From positions 29,450,001 through 29,514,000 of the forward strand of contig CM060731.1 in the NCBI GenBank assembly GCA_030704615.1: 64,000 nt of DNA. Direction: 5' to 3'. The notes under the pieces were generated by a model that did no database searches, was not told the DNA's origin, and worked only from the letters and a program-made list of their open reading frames with translations. The DNA comes from Takakia lepidozioides (Eukaryota; Plantae; Bryophyta). A program made the translations under genes and the position numbers. This document shows positions 45,681 to 58,084 of this stretch, piece after piece. The stretch's first letter is position 1. Every line of letters starts with the position of its first letter.

Positions 45681-47862
45681 CTCAACCATGACCACAGTTT
45701 CTGGAAGAGGATCAAGAGAGGGAGTCCACAATGCCTCTTCTGGCACTTCTGGGCATGTGAAGATGCTTTGTGAGGCAGGCAGACTGAAAGAGGCTCTACA
45801 GACTTTAAACCAAGGAGGCATTTCAGCAGATTCAGAAATGTATGTCTGTCTCTTGCATAAGTGCATCAAGGTGAAAGGCCTAGAAGCTGGAAAGCAGGTG
45901 CACACTCACATTATCCAAAGTGGATTCACGCCAAATGTTTTTCTCCTCAACACCCTTGTCAACATGTATGTTAAGTGCGGGAGCATCATGGATGCTCACC
46001 AAGTGTTCAACAGAATGCCTCAACGATCTTTGTTCACGTGGAATATAATGTTGGCAGGATTTACCAAGCATGGGTGTGGTAGGAATGCTTTGGAGACCTA
46101 TGAGCAAATGATGGGGGAAGGAGTGAAGCCCGACCACATCACGTTTGTGTGCGTTTGCAATGCGTGTGCAAGCCTGGCAGCCCTGGAAAAGGGCAAAGAG
46201 GTGCATGGCGACATCTTCAGAGCTGGAATTGTACCAGATGTGATCCTGAACACTGCCCTGGTGGACATGTATGCCAAATGTGGGAGCATCGAGGATGCAA
46301 AGGGAGTGTTCAACAATATGGCTGAACGAAATGTGGTGTCGTGGAACGCAATGCTTGCAGGGTATGCACAGCAGGGGCGCGGGAGGGAGGCTTTGGAGAC
46401 GTATGAGCAAATGATGGGGGAAGGGGTGAAGCCCGACCCCATCACATTTGTGTGCGTTTGCAATGCGTGTGCAAGCCTGGCAGCCCTGGAAAAGGGCAAA
46501 GAGGTGCATGGCGACATCGTCAGAGCTGGAATTGTACCAAATGTGATTCTGAACAATACCCTCGTGGACATGTATGCCAAATGTGGGAGCATCCAGGATG
46601 CAAAGGGAGTGTTCGACAATATGGCTGAACGAAATGTGGTGTCGTGGAACGCGATGCTTGCAGGGTATGCACAGCAGGGGCGCGGGATGGAGGCTTTGGA
46701 GACGTATGAGCAAATGATGTGCGAAGGGGTGAAGCCCGACCACATCACGTTTGTGTGCGTTTGCAGTGCGTGTGCAAGCCTGGCAGCCCTGGAAAAGGGC
46801 AAAGAGGTGCATGGCGACATCGTCAGAGCTGGAATTGTACCAGATGTGATCCTGAACACTGCCCTGGTGGACATGTATGCCAAATGTGGGTGCATGGAGG
46901 ATGCAAAGGGAGTGTTCGACAATATGGCTGAACGAGATGTGGTGTCGTGGAGTGCGATGATCGCCGGATATGCACAGCATGGTTGTCATAGGGAGGTCGT
47001 GCAACTATTTGAAGGAATGCAAAAGAACGGCTTGAAGCCGAGCAGTGCCACCTTTATATGTGTTCTATCTGCATGCAGCCACGCTGGCCTACTGAATGAA
47101 GGAAGACACTACTTTGATTCCCTGAGTCAAGATCATGGTGTCACTCCGACAGTAAAGCACTTTGGCTGCATGGTGGACCTTCTTGGACGTGCGGGACAAC
47201 TGGATGAGGCAGTGGACCTGATTAATAAAATGCCCATAAATCCAGGTGCTGTGGTATGGAAGGCCTTGCTTGGTGCCTGCAGAATCCATGGCAATGTTGA
47301 GATGGCTGAACGTGCAGCAACATCTATCCTCACGGGGGCTGAACAGGATGCCGCGACTTATGTGTTGCTCTCAAACATCTATGCTGCAGCTGGCAGGTGG
47401 GATGATACTGCAAAGGTGAGAAGAATGATGAAGGTCAAAGGGGTTAGAAAGGAGCCAGGTCGCTGCTGCATTGAGGTTGGCAACAGGGTGCACACCTTCG
47501 TTGTAGATGACAAGTTGCATCCCAGAATTAAGGAAATCCATGCTGAGCTGAGAAGATTGTCTGGGCAGATGAAGGAGGCGGGGTATGTGCCTGACACCCG
47601 CTTTGTATTGCATGATGTGGGGGAGGGGGAAAAGGAATTTTCTCTTTGCCACCACAGTGAGAAGCTGGCCATTGGTTTTGGGCTGATCAGCACGACCCCT
47701 AGGACGCCTCTCCGTCTCATCAAGAATCTTCGAGTGTGTGGTGACTGCCACACCTCCACCAAATTCATCTCAAAGGTTGTTGGCCGAGCAATTGTTGTAC
47801 GGGACGCTAACCGCTTTCACCACTTTGAAGATGGGATTTGTTCTTGTGGCGATTACTGGTGA
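45544..47862 (+). CDS. Final exon of a PDF-motif/PLS-PPR-E-DYW editing factor
   Basis: Open from the acceptor gtacag| through the PDF half-motif, PLS repeats, PGRCC, HHSEKLA, KNLRVCGDCH and CSCGDYW. First in-exon ATG at about 45688. Confidence 0.93.
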   Translation: MHPRGPDFKHKITYDSLWINSYKKPAWVDGQLKAAAAAAQLIKSGISTMTTVSGRGSREGVHNASSGTSGHVKMLCEAGRLKEALQTLNQGGISADSEMYVCLLHKCIKVKGLEAGKQVHTHIIQSGFTPNVFLLNTLVNMYVKCGSIMDAHQVFNRMPQRSLFTWNIMLAGFTKHGCGRNALETYEQMMGEGVKPDHITFVCVCNACASLAALEKGKEVHGDIFRAGIVPDVILNTALVDMYAKCGSIEDAKGVFNNMAERNVVSWNAMLAGYAQQGRGREALETYEQMMGEGVKPDPITFVCVCNACASLAALEKGKEVHGDIVRAGIVPNVILNNTLVDMYAKCGSIQDAKGVFDNMAERNVVSWNAMLAGYAQQGRGMEALETYEQMMCEGVKPDHITFVCVCSACASLAALEKGKEVHGDIVRAGIVPDVILNTALVDMYAKCGCMEDAKGVFDNMAERDVVSWSAMIAGYAQHGCHREVVQLFEGMQKNGLKPSSATFICVLSACSHAGLLNEGRHYFDSLSQDHGVTPTVKHFGCMVDLLGRAGQLDEAVDLINKMPINPGAVVWKALLGACRIHGNVEMAERAATSILTGAEQDAATYVLLSNIYAAAGRWDDTAKVRRMMKVKGVRKEPGRCCIEVGNRVHTFVVDDKLHPRIKEIHAELRRLSGQMKEAGYVPDTRFVLHDVGEGEKEFSLCHHSEKLAIGFGLISTTPRTPLRLIKNLRVCGDCHTSTKFISKVVGRAIVVRDANRFHHFEDGICSCGDYW

Positions 47863-48596
47863 AAGGATGTTTTCTTGGAAAGATGCAAGGTCTTGCTTCA
47901 TTCATTGATCTGTGTAGCTACTCAGATCATCCACCATTTCCTGAGAGTATTGGCCATGATGTACTGTTGAGTGCATTTCCTGTGGCATATCCACGGGAAT
48001 TGATAGTGGGGTCTACCCGGCATAGGTGGGAAGTCAGCCCATAATTGCACTTGACTGAAGGGGTGATATTGGACTGACTTTGGTGACAGTGGATGGAAAT
48101 CAGAGTGCGAATACTGATGAGCTTGATTAGAGGGGCAGCCCTGTGCACAAGTTTGTTCAGCATCAAAAATTTGCACATGTTTGTTTGTTTCTTGTGGTGT
48201 GGCTTTGGATGGAGCCCTTGAGGAACTTGCATGAATATTGTCCTTAACCCACCAAGATCCAATCCCATGGTGGCTGCTTGAAAGTTCATATAGTGACTGT
48301 AAGGGTATTTGGGTATGTTGTTATTGATTGATGCCACTTGACTCCCTCACACTATAACATCGGTTTGTGCATGTTGAAGTTCAAGGTTGGGGGAGAGAGG
48401 CCACCGACTTCAGAACACAATTGCTACAGTTGGAGACCAGATTTGGGAGCATGTATGAAACAACTATGCATAGTTTCAACTTGGATTCCATCATTGCCAG
48501 AAAACTTTCATTCACCACCTTACGATGGAACTGGCCCAAAACCCTGGATGGATGTTCTCTCGCATCGAAAGGCTGCTCCCTCGACTTTGCTGTTCT

Positions 48597-49751
48597 CTTA
48601 GTTGCAAATTTGGACGTGACGTGGCGTTGACGCGTCAGCGTCATGTTCGACATCAGCGACGGACGTGCGTCGCGTCACGTCCTAAACGGACGTTATTGTG
48701 CATAAATATGTTTATTTTTTTACTTTACTATTGACTATTTACTATGAGAATCGACGTGGCAACCGATGTGGCCTCATTACGTGGACTTCATTATTTATCA
48801 GTAAAATTCATATATTGTGATTTATATTGTCAATCATGCGACCGTCAACAACGGTTGGTCGGACAATTTAAAAATAAAAATAAAAATAGGTGTGACCACT
48901 AGGAGGGGGTGGTCGCACATTTTTTCTTATTTTTTAAATGGGTGCGACCACAAGCAGAGGGTGGTGGCACATTTTTTCTTTTTTTTAAATTGGGTGCGAG
49001 GAAGTCGCATGTTATTTTTTTTTTAAACTGCTGCGATCACCCTCATGCTGGTGGTCGCAGATATTAAAAAACAGAAAATTGTTGCGACCACCCCCTGCTG
49101 GTGGTCGCACCTATTAAAAAAAATAAAAAATGGTGCGACCACCCCATGCTCGTGGTCACAGAGATTATTTTAAAGGGGGGGGAAAAAAAAATGCTGCGAC
49201 CACCCCCCCTGCTGGTGGTCGCACCTATTAAAAGAACAGAAAAATGCTGTGACCACCCCCATGCTGGTGGTCGCAGATATTAAAAAATAGAAAAATGTTG
49301 CAACCACCCCCCTAATGGTGGTCGCACCTATTACAAATAAAATGAAAATTGTGCGACCACCAGTAGCGGTGGTCGCAACTGTCTAAAAAAAAAAAAAAAT
49401 GCAACCACCACTGCTGGTGGTCGCATCTATTTTTAAAAAACAAAAATGATGTGATAACCCCTCTGCTGGTGGTCGCAACTATAAGATAAATTATGCGACC
49501 ACCACCATTTGGAGGTCGCACCAATTTAACAATAATGATTTAAAATTTACCTCAAATACTGGCGGATGGAGTAATTTATAAAACAATTCATTCACTTCCC
49601 AAGGTGTCGTTTGGAATACAACGTGTCCACCTACGTGGCATATTTTTTACCTAACTCATGTTTTACTGAATTTTCAGCAAAACTGACGTGACGTTGGTCA
49701 CGTCAGCGTCAGGTCCGACGTGACGTGATGTCACTGACATGTGCAACCTTG
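48597..49751. mobile_element. Non-autonomous hAT-like element with an internal palindrome array
   Basis: 8-bp direct repeat GCTGTTCT at 48589-48596 and 49752-49759; imperfect TIRs CTTAGTTGCA / TGCAACCTTG; about 12 TGCGACCACC..GGTGGTCGCA hairpin units. Confidence 0.75.
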
Positions 49752-49759
49752 GCTGTTCT

Positions 49760-51870
49760 CATATCCCTCCTAGTTGGAGAAGGCTATCTTTCAGCGACCT
49801 CTGACGGGCCCTGTTCGTGCGGAGCTGCACTCTTCTCTTTCCCCTTCGGATCCCCGACAATCTTCCCCTTCCGTTTTGGAGTAGCAGATTTCTCAGGCTC
49901 TCTCGAAGCCAGAACAACAATGATTTTGTCCTGAATGTCTTTGTCAGCCAGCGAGGCAAGTGCCGCGGCGTTGTCGTTATGGTTTCTCAAAACAACTTCA
50001 TGGAATGGTGTGTCATGTTTTGGCATATCGAGGTACCACCCACAGTCTTTGAAGTGCGCCCTGCTCCAGTCTCTGGCAATACCAGTCGTGTACATTGTCT
50101 TGTCATTGGAGGGGTCAGCCCATGAGTAGATGAAGTCTGGGTCATCGCTAAGGTACTTTCCCGGTATGAGGACATGATACATGTACCTGAATCACACACA
50201 CCCAAAATCCAGACAGTCATTCGATCTGAACAGGACACAGATCACACATCACGAAAAGGGTATTGGAATGCAAGTCAGTAACACTGAGAAACCAACTTTT
50301 GCCAACCCAAATCAACCTTGCGTTGACGCAATGTTGATTTGAGCTGAAATGGAAAACACCAAATGTGAAAAACTGTACTTTCAACGAGCACTTACGAGAG
50401 GGAAAGCCCATTATCCTAAACCATCGCATGCACAACATGGAATCCCAATCAACCTTGCGTTGACGCAAAGTAGATTGGCGGATACACATATGATAATGTT
50501 GCATTGAAAGAGACAGTGATTGACAAGCGGAATTTAACATTGCGTCAACACAAGGTTGTTTTCATTAACAGAGGAAATGGAAAACAGTGCTTGAAAACAA
50601 CCATCCGAAGATCTGCTGGTATGGATATTCAACCTTGCGTTGACGCGAGGTTGAATTCCTCTGCTGAAACACCTGTCCATGGTATTTGATAACCTTAACT
50701 TTCCTACAATTGTATGGAAATCGGGGTATTTCTGCGGGACATTTCTAGCAATCCATACCGTCAAACAATGTCGCATCAACGCAAGGCTGTTTGTTGGTAC
50801 AGTGTAAGCTCTAAACAACATTTCAAACAGACTCCAAACAGACTTTATGTTCATCCTGGCAGCATTGGAACTGGAAACGACAGCAAACAACAGCCCAAGA
50901 ACATAGGAAAACCTACATAGCTTGGCCCTTCATCAACCTTGCGTTGACGCAAGGTTGATTTGCCTGTCAGTTTTTGCCCTTTCACATGCAGAAAACGACG
51001 TCATTGGATACCCAGGTACAGGAAAGTGAAACCAAAACAATGGGATACAAGCTTGCGTTAACGCAATGTTGCTCGACTGCACGTCCAGAGCCCTCAGAGC
51101 TCCCTCAAAACCTTCAAATTCGCAATTCTACATGGAAAAAACGACACAAGAATACATAAACATACACTTCTAGAACCAGATTTGTTTCTTCACACATGTA
51201 CAACACTCGTTTCATTGCTTGCTCGATGTTGTATTGGTTTTTGAATTCGTAGGACCTGGAGATTCCTTTGTCTCTCTCAAACTCCCTGAAGAAGCAGTTG
51301 TTCTAGACAGCGAACTTCCATCTCCTGATTTAGGCCTCCAGTAAGAAAGATCATAAGAATTTGGGAGAGAGTACGGATGTGCACAAGCATTTGAAAATGG
51401 TTTTGTGAAAACCTTACCTGGCTCCAGAAGGTTGCTTTGTGTAGCCACTGGTCGAATGTGTGGTTGCTAACAACTTTTATTGCTTGTGTCTTCGAGTCCC
51501 TCTCAGGAGTTGGGAACATGTTGGTGTTTCTCACAAGTGGATCCGAATTCCAGATCTCCAACCACCTGATTTTGGTTGCATTGTCCACCATTGAAATGGA
51601 AAGGCGATGCAATTTCTCTTGGGTCATTTCTGGCTTGGAGCCATACTTGTCATAATGTACTTTCACCTGCTCCAGAAATTCCGTGCCAAGACTTGGATCT
51701 GTTATGCGGATTTGTTTGTCGAACGCACTCATGAGGTTCTTCCTTTGATTGTTCATCTCGAATCTCATAATGTCCTCAAGCCTAGTTGCAAACCTCTGCT
51801 CTTCTGTGTGGGAAGCATAGTACTCTGCTTTCGCCTTCAAACCAGTTTCTGCTATTTCTTGCTGCATACA
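49760..51870 (-). pseudogene. Multi-exon gene of unknown function, probably transposon cargo, interrupted by the hAT-like element
   Basis: Protein-like ORFs 51277-51867 and 49784-50182 with splice-like boundaries (donor near 51420, acceptor near 50187). No recognised domain. Confidence 0.4.
50310..51072. repeat. Dispersed 24-bp palindrome CAACCTTGCGTTGACGCAAGGTTG (about 7 copies)
   Basis: Copies near 50312, 50449, 50537, 50629, 50765, 50933 and 51047, separated by non-repeated spacers. Confidence 0.85.
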
Positions 51871-52494
51871 TTACAGGGAGAAAGAATCAAACACTGGCGT
51901 TTCTTGATAGAATTTACACTAGCAACAAACAAACAGATGTCAAAAAGCTTACCATGTACATGTAGTCAAGAAAAGCCTCCCTGTCAGGCTGTACCATGTA
52001 GCTGAATTATTTAGGAATCGTTTTGCTACTCCCATGCCAACAACATCAGGTCCACTGCGACTGCCATATTCCAAATTCCGTATCAGCCACCACGGACATG
52101 AAACCAGGAACTTTACACAAAATCTCCAATTCATTCAATTTATGGTGGGCAATGGCTGCAGCCTGCAAGCTGGCTGGGGTGGCTGATACGTCCGTTTGAA
52201 CATGACAGTCTCAGAGGACGTTGGCATGGGAATAGCAAAAAGAGTTCTACAGAATTTAGCTAGAGGAACAACAATAGCATGAAACACCTTACCGTAAATA
52301 TTATTGTTAACATTGGTTGTGACAACTCCAATCAATAGAGAACTCGCACCATCAGTTGCGCTCCAACAGCAGTACTGGTCCCCCGAGTAAATAAAATTCT
52401 GTTGTAAATAATAAATTGCATACGCTCGAACCTCACAAATGTCATTTCAACAAAACCGGCCGTGTATTGTGGCATTGTTTGTAACTGCGAATAT

Positions 52495-52812
52495 TTCAAT
52501 GTTTCTGACAAGGTACTGAGAAAATGATATATTGGATCCATAGGAGTTAGACAACAAACGTTCCATATCTCATTCAACTGTGCGACACTACCATAAGTGG
52601 CATGGATAAAAAAGTAATAGGTGTACATGTGACCTCCGCACGTTTAAGTAGAGACCTAGTATCAAACGTTCGGAGGTCGCATGTGCACCTATTACTTTCC
52701 GATCCATGCCTCTCATGGTAGTGTCGCACAGTTGAATGAGAGGAGACGTTTGTTGTCTAACTCCTACGAAACTAATACATCGTTTTCTCATAACCCTATC
52801 CGAAACCTTGGA
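52495..52812. repeat. Long imperfect foldback (about 320 bp)
   Basis: taggagttagacaacaaacg pairs with cgtttgttgtctaactccta; ctcattcaactgtgcgacactaccat pairs with atggtagtgtcgcacagttgaatgag; gtaataggtgtacatgtgacctccg pairs with cggaggtcgcatgtgcacctattac. Loop near 52655. Confidence 0.88.
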
Positions 52813-53826
52813 ACATTACAAATATAAACAGTGAGCCAGTACACAAACCATTTATGTTGCGATGACAGGTGCTAGGGTCGAGCATATGCAATGTAGTATT
52901 TACAATGGGACTTTATTTATTACATGCACGATCAAAATTGAGTTATGTCTTCATAAAAGAAGCATTGTACCGCCAGAAATCTCATATCTACGAGACTATG
53001 GTCTACTCCATCCTATATACGTCTTTCGGCTCAGGCCAATTAAATGGCTTGCCCATAAACCGAAGTACTACATGGGCTAATGTGACTCTCTCATTCTTGT
53101 TGTTGTCGTACAACCTTTGTAGCATTGAATGCCAACAACCTCCCGTAAATTGGTCCTGGACATACTTTGATCATAATGAGCGCTGCCATTTATTCGTACC
53201 GCTATCTTCCCAACGGCAAAGGCCTCCGACGTCATGTTCTGGGGGGGTGGCATTCGCATTGAAAATCGATGCAATATTTTGAGTGCGCGAGCGTACGCTC
53301 ACGCCAGCTGACGTGGCGTGAGTGTCATGTCACCAGGCTGATGTGGCGGCAAATGATGATGTGGGACTGCGCCGTCATCTGCCACGTCAGCATTAACATG
53401 CGTCGCCTAGAACCGAGGATGGTCCTATGACCGTGGGATTAATGCAGGGAATCCTTGGCTGAATACAATCAAGACTACCATGATGCCTACAATTGTAGCA
53501 TCCAACATTGTGCAATTACAAATGTTTGTTTCACTTTTACAATTACGAGGACGAAAAAATATCCTTACAAAGTGTGCGCCATAGAGGCTGCCACGTGAAG
53601 ACCTTGCTCCCTCCCCAAATAACAATGAGAATTAAGATCATCTTCAAAAGTTGATTGCAGTGCATAGCGACAGGAAGACATGTAGACTTCGAACGGTGCA
53701 ATGATGCATGTGCTTTTAAAAGTTGTCACTCAGAGCTCACTCAGTATAGTTGGAAGCATAATGGAGGGATAAAGGACGCCATATCATTGCATTGCCGACG
53801 ATGTTGCAAACGAATTGATTTGAATT

Positions 53827-55080
53827 TCACATTTCATAGCATGGTCGTCCACATACCACATTGCATAGTTGATGCCACCCATGTGTTGTATCCCGCTGCA
53901 ATAGAGTATCGACCTCGTTGAAACTCAGAGTGGCCTGGTGAATGAAGTTGTCACGTTTGGGATCGCAAACCATCCTCTTCAAAAATATGAAATACAAATG
54001 TTTGCAGGGTATGAATTTACCTCTCTTGCCCAAATTGGTTGATAGCATATTCACAAAATCAGGACATGTGCAATTGGGGAAATTGGAAACCGTGATGTCG
54101 TAGGCCCTGTCATGAACAGTATTTTGTTCTGCACCACGGGTGCCCGTCGTGTTTCTTGTCCATTCTATGCATCATGATTGTTACACCTCCAACTCGCGGA
54201 GGAGGAGGCAGCTCGAATAGGATATCGCCATCAAAAGTCTCTGGCAGGAACTTCACAGGCACCCGCTTCAAAGATTCCCAATCCATTCCTCACAACTCAC
54301 TTTTGAAACTTGTCATTCATCCCATCGTCCGTAGTTTTGGAATGACACTACAAATCTCTTTTTCATCCGCTTCTCCAACTACAGTAGGAAGGACTGGATT
54401 TGGAATTTCACTTATGTCATCATTGGACAAATCCGAAAGCTCAACGATTGGAGTGGAGGACGTATGTTCTTTTCTCACCACCACCTCCCTCTTGTCTTCA
54501 ACGACCGAAGCAGCAGTCTCGGGCGTCACATATGATCCAAGGGACTTTTTGCCGAGGCTCTCCAAGTACTCTGTATCGACCAGGGCGCACTCTCCACTGG
54601 CTGATATGAGCCGTCTCATCACGGTTTTGGAAATAGTATTTCAACAACTTCACTTCCAAATCGTACACCTCTTTTTCCAAAAAGATGGAGCCATTCTGAA
54701 GCTCGAACCGGGTAGCCAAGACATGTTCCAGAACAATTGCGAATCCATTGTCAAGGGCTTCCTTGGAGAACGACACTGGTTTGTCGTCAGAGAAGAACTC
54801 CGCTTCAGAGGAAGCCATCTCCCCTCCTCTTGTACGAAGATGCCTTGCTATCGCAGCTCTTCAGTGAAATCTGTTGATTGAGGTCTCCAGAACACTGTTG
54901 AAGAATGAACAGAGAATATCGCATTGTCTGAGATTGTGCGCCAGATGGCCCCATATTTTTTATTCCACGGTGCCAAGGTTCTGATGGCATAGGCATTGTC
55001 TGAGGCTGAGCAGCCAGACCAGCTAATTGTTTATATGCAATGTGGCATTCATCTATAATATCTGTCACTGTTATTTTCAA
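53827..55080 (-). pseudogene. Frameshifted SWIM zinc-finger gene, possibly an internally deleted transposase-related gene
   Basis: YDITVSNFPNCTCPDF...IPCKHLYFIF (CxC...CxH SWIM). It is preceded out of frame by FDGDILFELPP...MDKKHDGHPWCRTK. Confidence 0.65.
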
Positions 55081-55427
55081 TTATTGAAACCGTTCAAATA
55101 AACAACACGTCGTTCATTTTGGGCGACACACGTCAGACATCGATAACTACATTGCAGACGAACAACTGTCCACTAATGGTTGGCAGGTGCACTAATAAGG
55201 GAACGACATTTGTGTAACGGTCACGTGAGAGGGAATCCGATGCTTCTAGAGACAATCCCCAACGCACGCAACTCCGCAAGAAATCGAGAGTCACTTTGTC
55301 TTTCTAGTTTCCGCACTTAGAGGGAGAAAGGTAGTCAAGCTGGAGAGGGTTCCTTCTACGATACGAAAGAGAAGGAAGTTCTTTTTATTTAACTTCCCTT
55401 AGAGAGAGACTCAGAGCAAGAGAACAA

Positions 55428-57900
55428 ATGACGAGGCGTCGTTTGTTGGAGAACACAGGGCCAAGGCAGCAGGTGAACGCGGAGACTGCAACGCAAGAGC
55501 AGACCGAGAATGAGGCTGCAGCTGTCACACAGTCAAAGAGAACAATGAGCGTTGGAAACCAGACTGTGGAAGCAGAGCTGATTCGCAGGGAAACTGAAGG
55601 AGGTGGAAGTCCGGGAACGCTGAACCGGGAGAAGGTCTACAAACCCTAGAGCAGACAGAAACTCCAGCAGATGTGAGAGGGAAGAGGAAAGCTACAGAAG
55701 GGGATCCAAATTCAAAACCTAAGAAGGCGCCAGTAAGTGTTCTCTACCTTCCATTTCCTGTTTACAGATCTACGAAGAGAGTGAGTGCAATGTCCTAGAA
55801 AGTGATGGTCGGTACCGACCATCACTATGAAGCCATGTTGATTTGCTTTGTACTCCTCTGTTTATGGTTTTCCACACTAGCAATTTGTGACTGGCGGTAC
55901 CACCATTCACTGTTCTTCAGATCATAGAGTCTGTTTGATTGCCTTTCAAGCACTCCTTCTCTTTCATTCTGTAGCAGGAACTTGTGATTGTCGGCTCATT
56001 CTCTTTCTTTTCAAAACTCTCATTCTGATACAACAGAAAGTGAGTGTCGGTGCCGAAAGTAACTATGATCCAGTTTTGACTTAGTGCGAGTGTTGTTAAC
56101 GCTATTCGATTCTCCTCATGAGCTTCCTGTACCTGTATGCGTGGAGAGAGAGTGATGGTCGGTATATTCAGTCATATAGTCTTGCATGGCAGTTTCTCTG
56201 TCTTAGGTTGAACAGATTAGGGAAGTGGAATGGCGGTACCGCCAATCATTTTTTTTGAGACCATACTGTAGATTCATGTAGAGTATCGATTGCAAAGTAT
56301 GTTCGAGACAGACAAGAAACAATGATTGTTTGTGACGATCATCACAATGGAGTCTCTCTGACTTATCTGCACTCACTTTTTGCCCTAAACTAGAGTGAGT
56401 GTCGGTGCCGCCAATCACTAAGACATATATTTCATTGCACCAAACCGATCCAGTAGGTCCTTCAAATGCAATGTTTTTTTATTGTCGTTAACGCCGTTCG
56501 CTAATGCTCAAAACCTCTCTGTACCTGTTTGCCCAGAAACATAGTGATTGTCAGTACCGACCATCACTATGTAGTCATATTGTTTTGGATTGCATTCGTC
56601 TGGATCAGCTTTGCTTGTGTAGATGGTTGTGAATGTTGATGCCGCCATTCACTGTTATTTGAGACGAGATAGACTGATGGTCGGTACCGACGTTCACTAT
56701 TTGCACATTACTCACTATCTGATTGGCATGGCATCATGTAGAAAACTGTGAAGTCCAAGCAGACAGGAACAGAGGCAAAAGGTTCTGGAGATGGGGACGA
56801 GTTTGCCACGAGCTCTGAGAATAGCGATGAAGCAGATGAACCTAAAGTGCACTACCTTGACAAGGTGAAAGAACTCATGTCATTCCAGAAGGTAAACTCT
56901 CAGGAGGTTATTAGGGACATGCTCATCTCTGGAGGGCGTCTGGACATCCCACTATGCCGGATGATATCTATGCCTGTTGTGCGTCCTCCTCTTTCCCATG
57001 ACATTACAAAATTGGAAACTGATTTCGTGCATGGATACAAACTTGGTGCACAAGTTTTTTTATGTGTCACTGACGGATACAAATGGGAAAAGCACATTAG
57101 TGTCTCCTGAGATCACAGATACCTGGGATGAGTGCTGGAAGGATGTTAATGAGGAGTTCGAGCTGGGTCTCATGATGGGAAGAAACACCCAGCAATTCTG
57201 CAACCACATGTTCTACGTCTGGGACGGCAACCACCGATTGCTGGCATGGATGGGATACATTCAGAAACATCATGCGAAAGACAAAGACAAACATGTTGCG
57301 GTAGAGGCAATGGTTTTGGATCCTGGAAACGACATCGCTAGGCTTCTTACAGCTATGCACAATGTGAACAAGTAAATCATCCCAGAGACTCCATTGCCTC
57401 TCCAATGTCTTGTTAATCCCACCAAAAAACGATGTTTACCAATGCATTGTTTTCCAATCTTTTTGCAGATTGACAGAGAAATCGCATGTGACAACAAGCT
57501 TGGTCCACACACTATTCCGAATTCAGAGGATTGGTCTGATGAAGCTAGATGATTTTCGCACAGTACTCCACCCCGATATAATCAAGAAGTGCAAAACAGG
57601 AAGAACTGCAGACACTTGGTATTCTTTGACTCGAGAGGCATTTCTGGAGTACATGTATGCGGTAAGGCCGAGCCTGTACTCACTTGTCTTTCTGAATACA
57701 TGTTTGTATTTCGTTTTGTACTCATCCCTATTTTGATCAATGCAGCAAGAACTGGCAGACGCAGCTGAGAAGGGGAAATCCGAATACTACCGCACTACAA
57801 CAGAGGAACTTAGGACATCAAAGGGTGACAAATGTACCATTTGCAGCTGGAGAAATGCATCATCATTGTGCTCAAGCAAACTTTGAAGGACTTGAACATT
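55428..57900 (+). pseudogene. Spliced gene with a ParB/Sulfiredoxin-like motif (frameshifted)
   Basis: DIPLCRMISMPVVRPPLSHDITKLETDFVHGY...VFYVS...FYVWDGNHRLLAW. Introns at about 55733-56741, 57373-57468 and 57662-57745; +1 shift in the T-run at about 57055-57061. Confidence 0.6.
55801..56700. repeat. Dispersed 26-bp palindrome AGTGATGGTCGGTACCGACCATCACT (about 9 copies, more at 58.1-58.55 kb)
   Basis: Perfect copy at 55801-55826; variants near 55887, 56040, 56151, 56225, 56395, 56543, 56628, 56673, 58156 and 58417. Confidence 0.85.
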
Positions 57901-58084
57901 TCTATTGTTTCCCCGCCTCAAATGACATTGGAGGCATACATAAGGAAGTGGAGAGGTCTCACCTGGAGATCCTGTTTTTTCCGCGAGTTCTCCAAGGATG
58001 GTAATATTTTAGGGTCCAACGACTTTGACAGTCAGGTTGGGGGAGAGTGGGCCATGATGCGAATTGTGTACAGGTGCAATGTCC

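Noticed and set aside
45880-47004. Antisense ORFs over PPR repeats (also 3802-4278)
   Set aside because: Shadow frames of the repetitive PPR coding sequence.
55801-56700. CRISPR-like repeat-spacer appearance (also 50310-51072)
   Set aside because: Repeats are degenerate, spacer lengths vary widely, no cas genes are present, and the context is eukaryotic and intronic.
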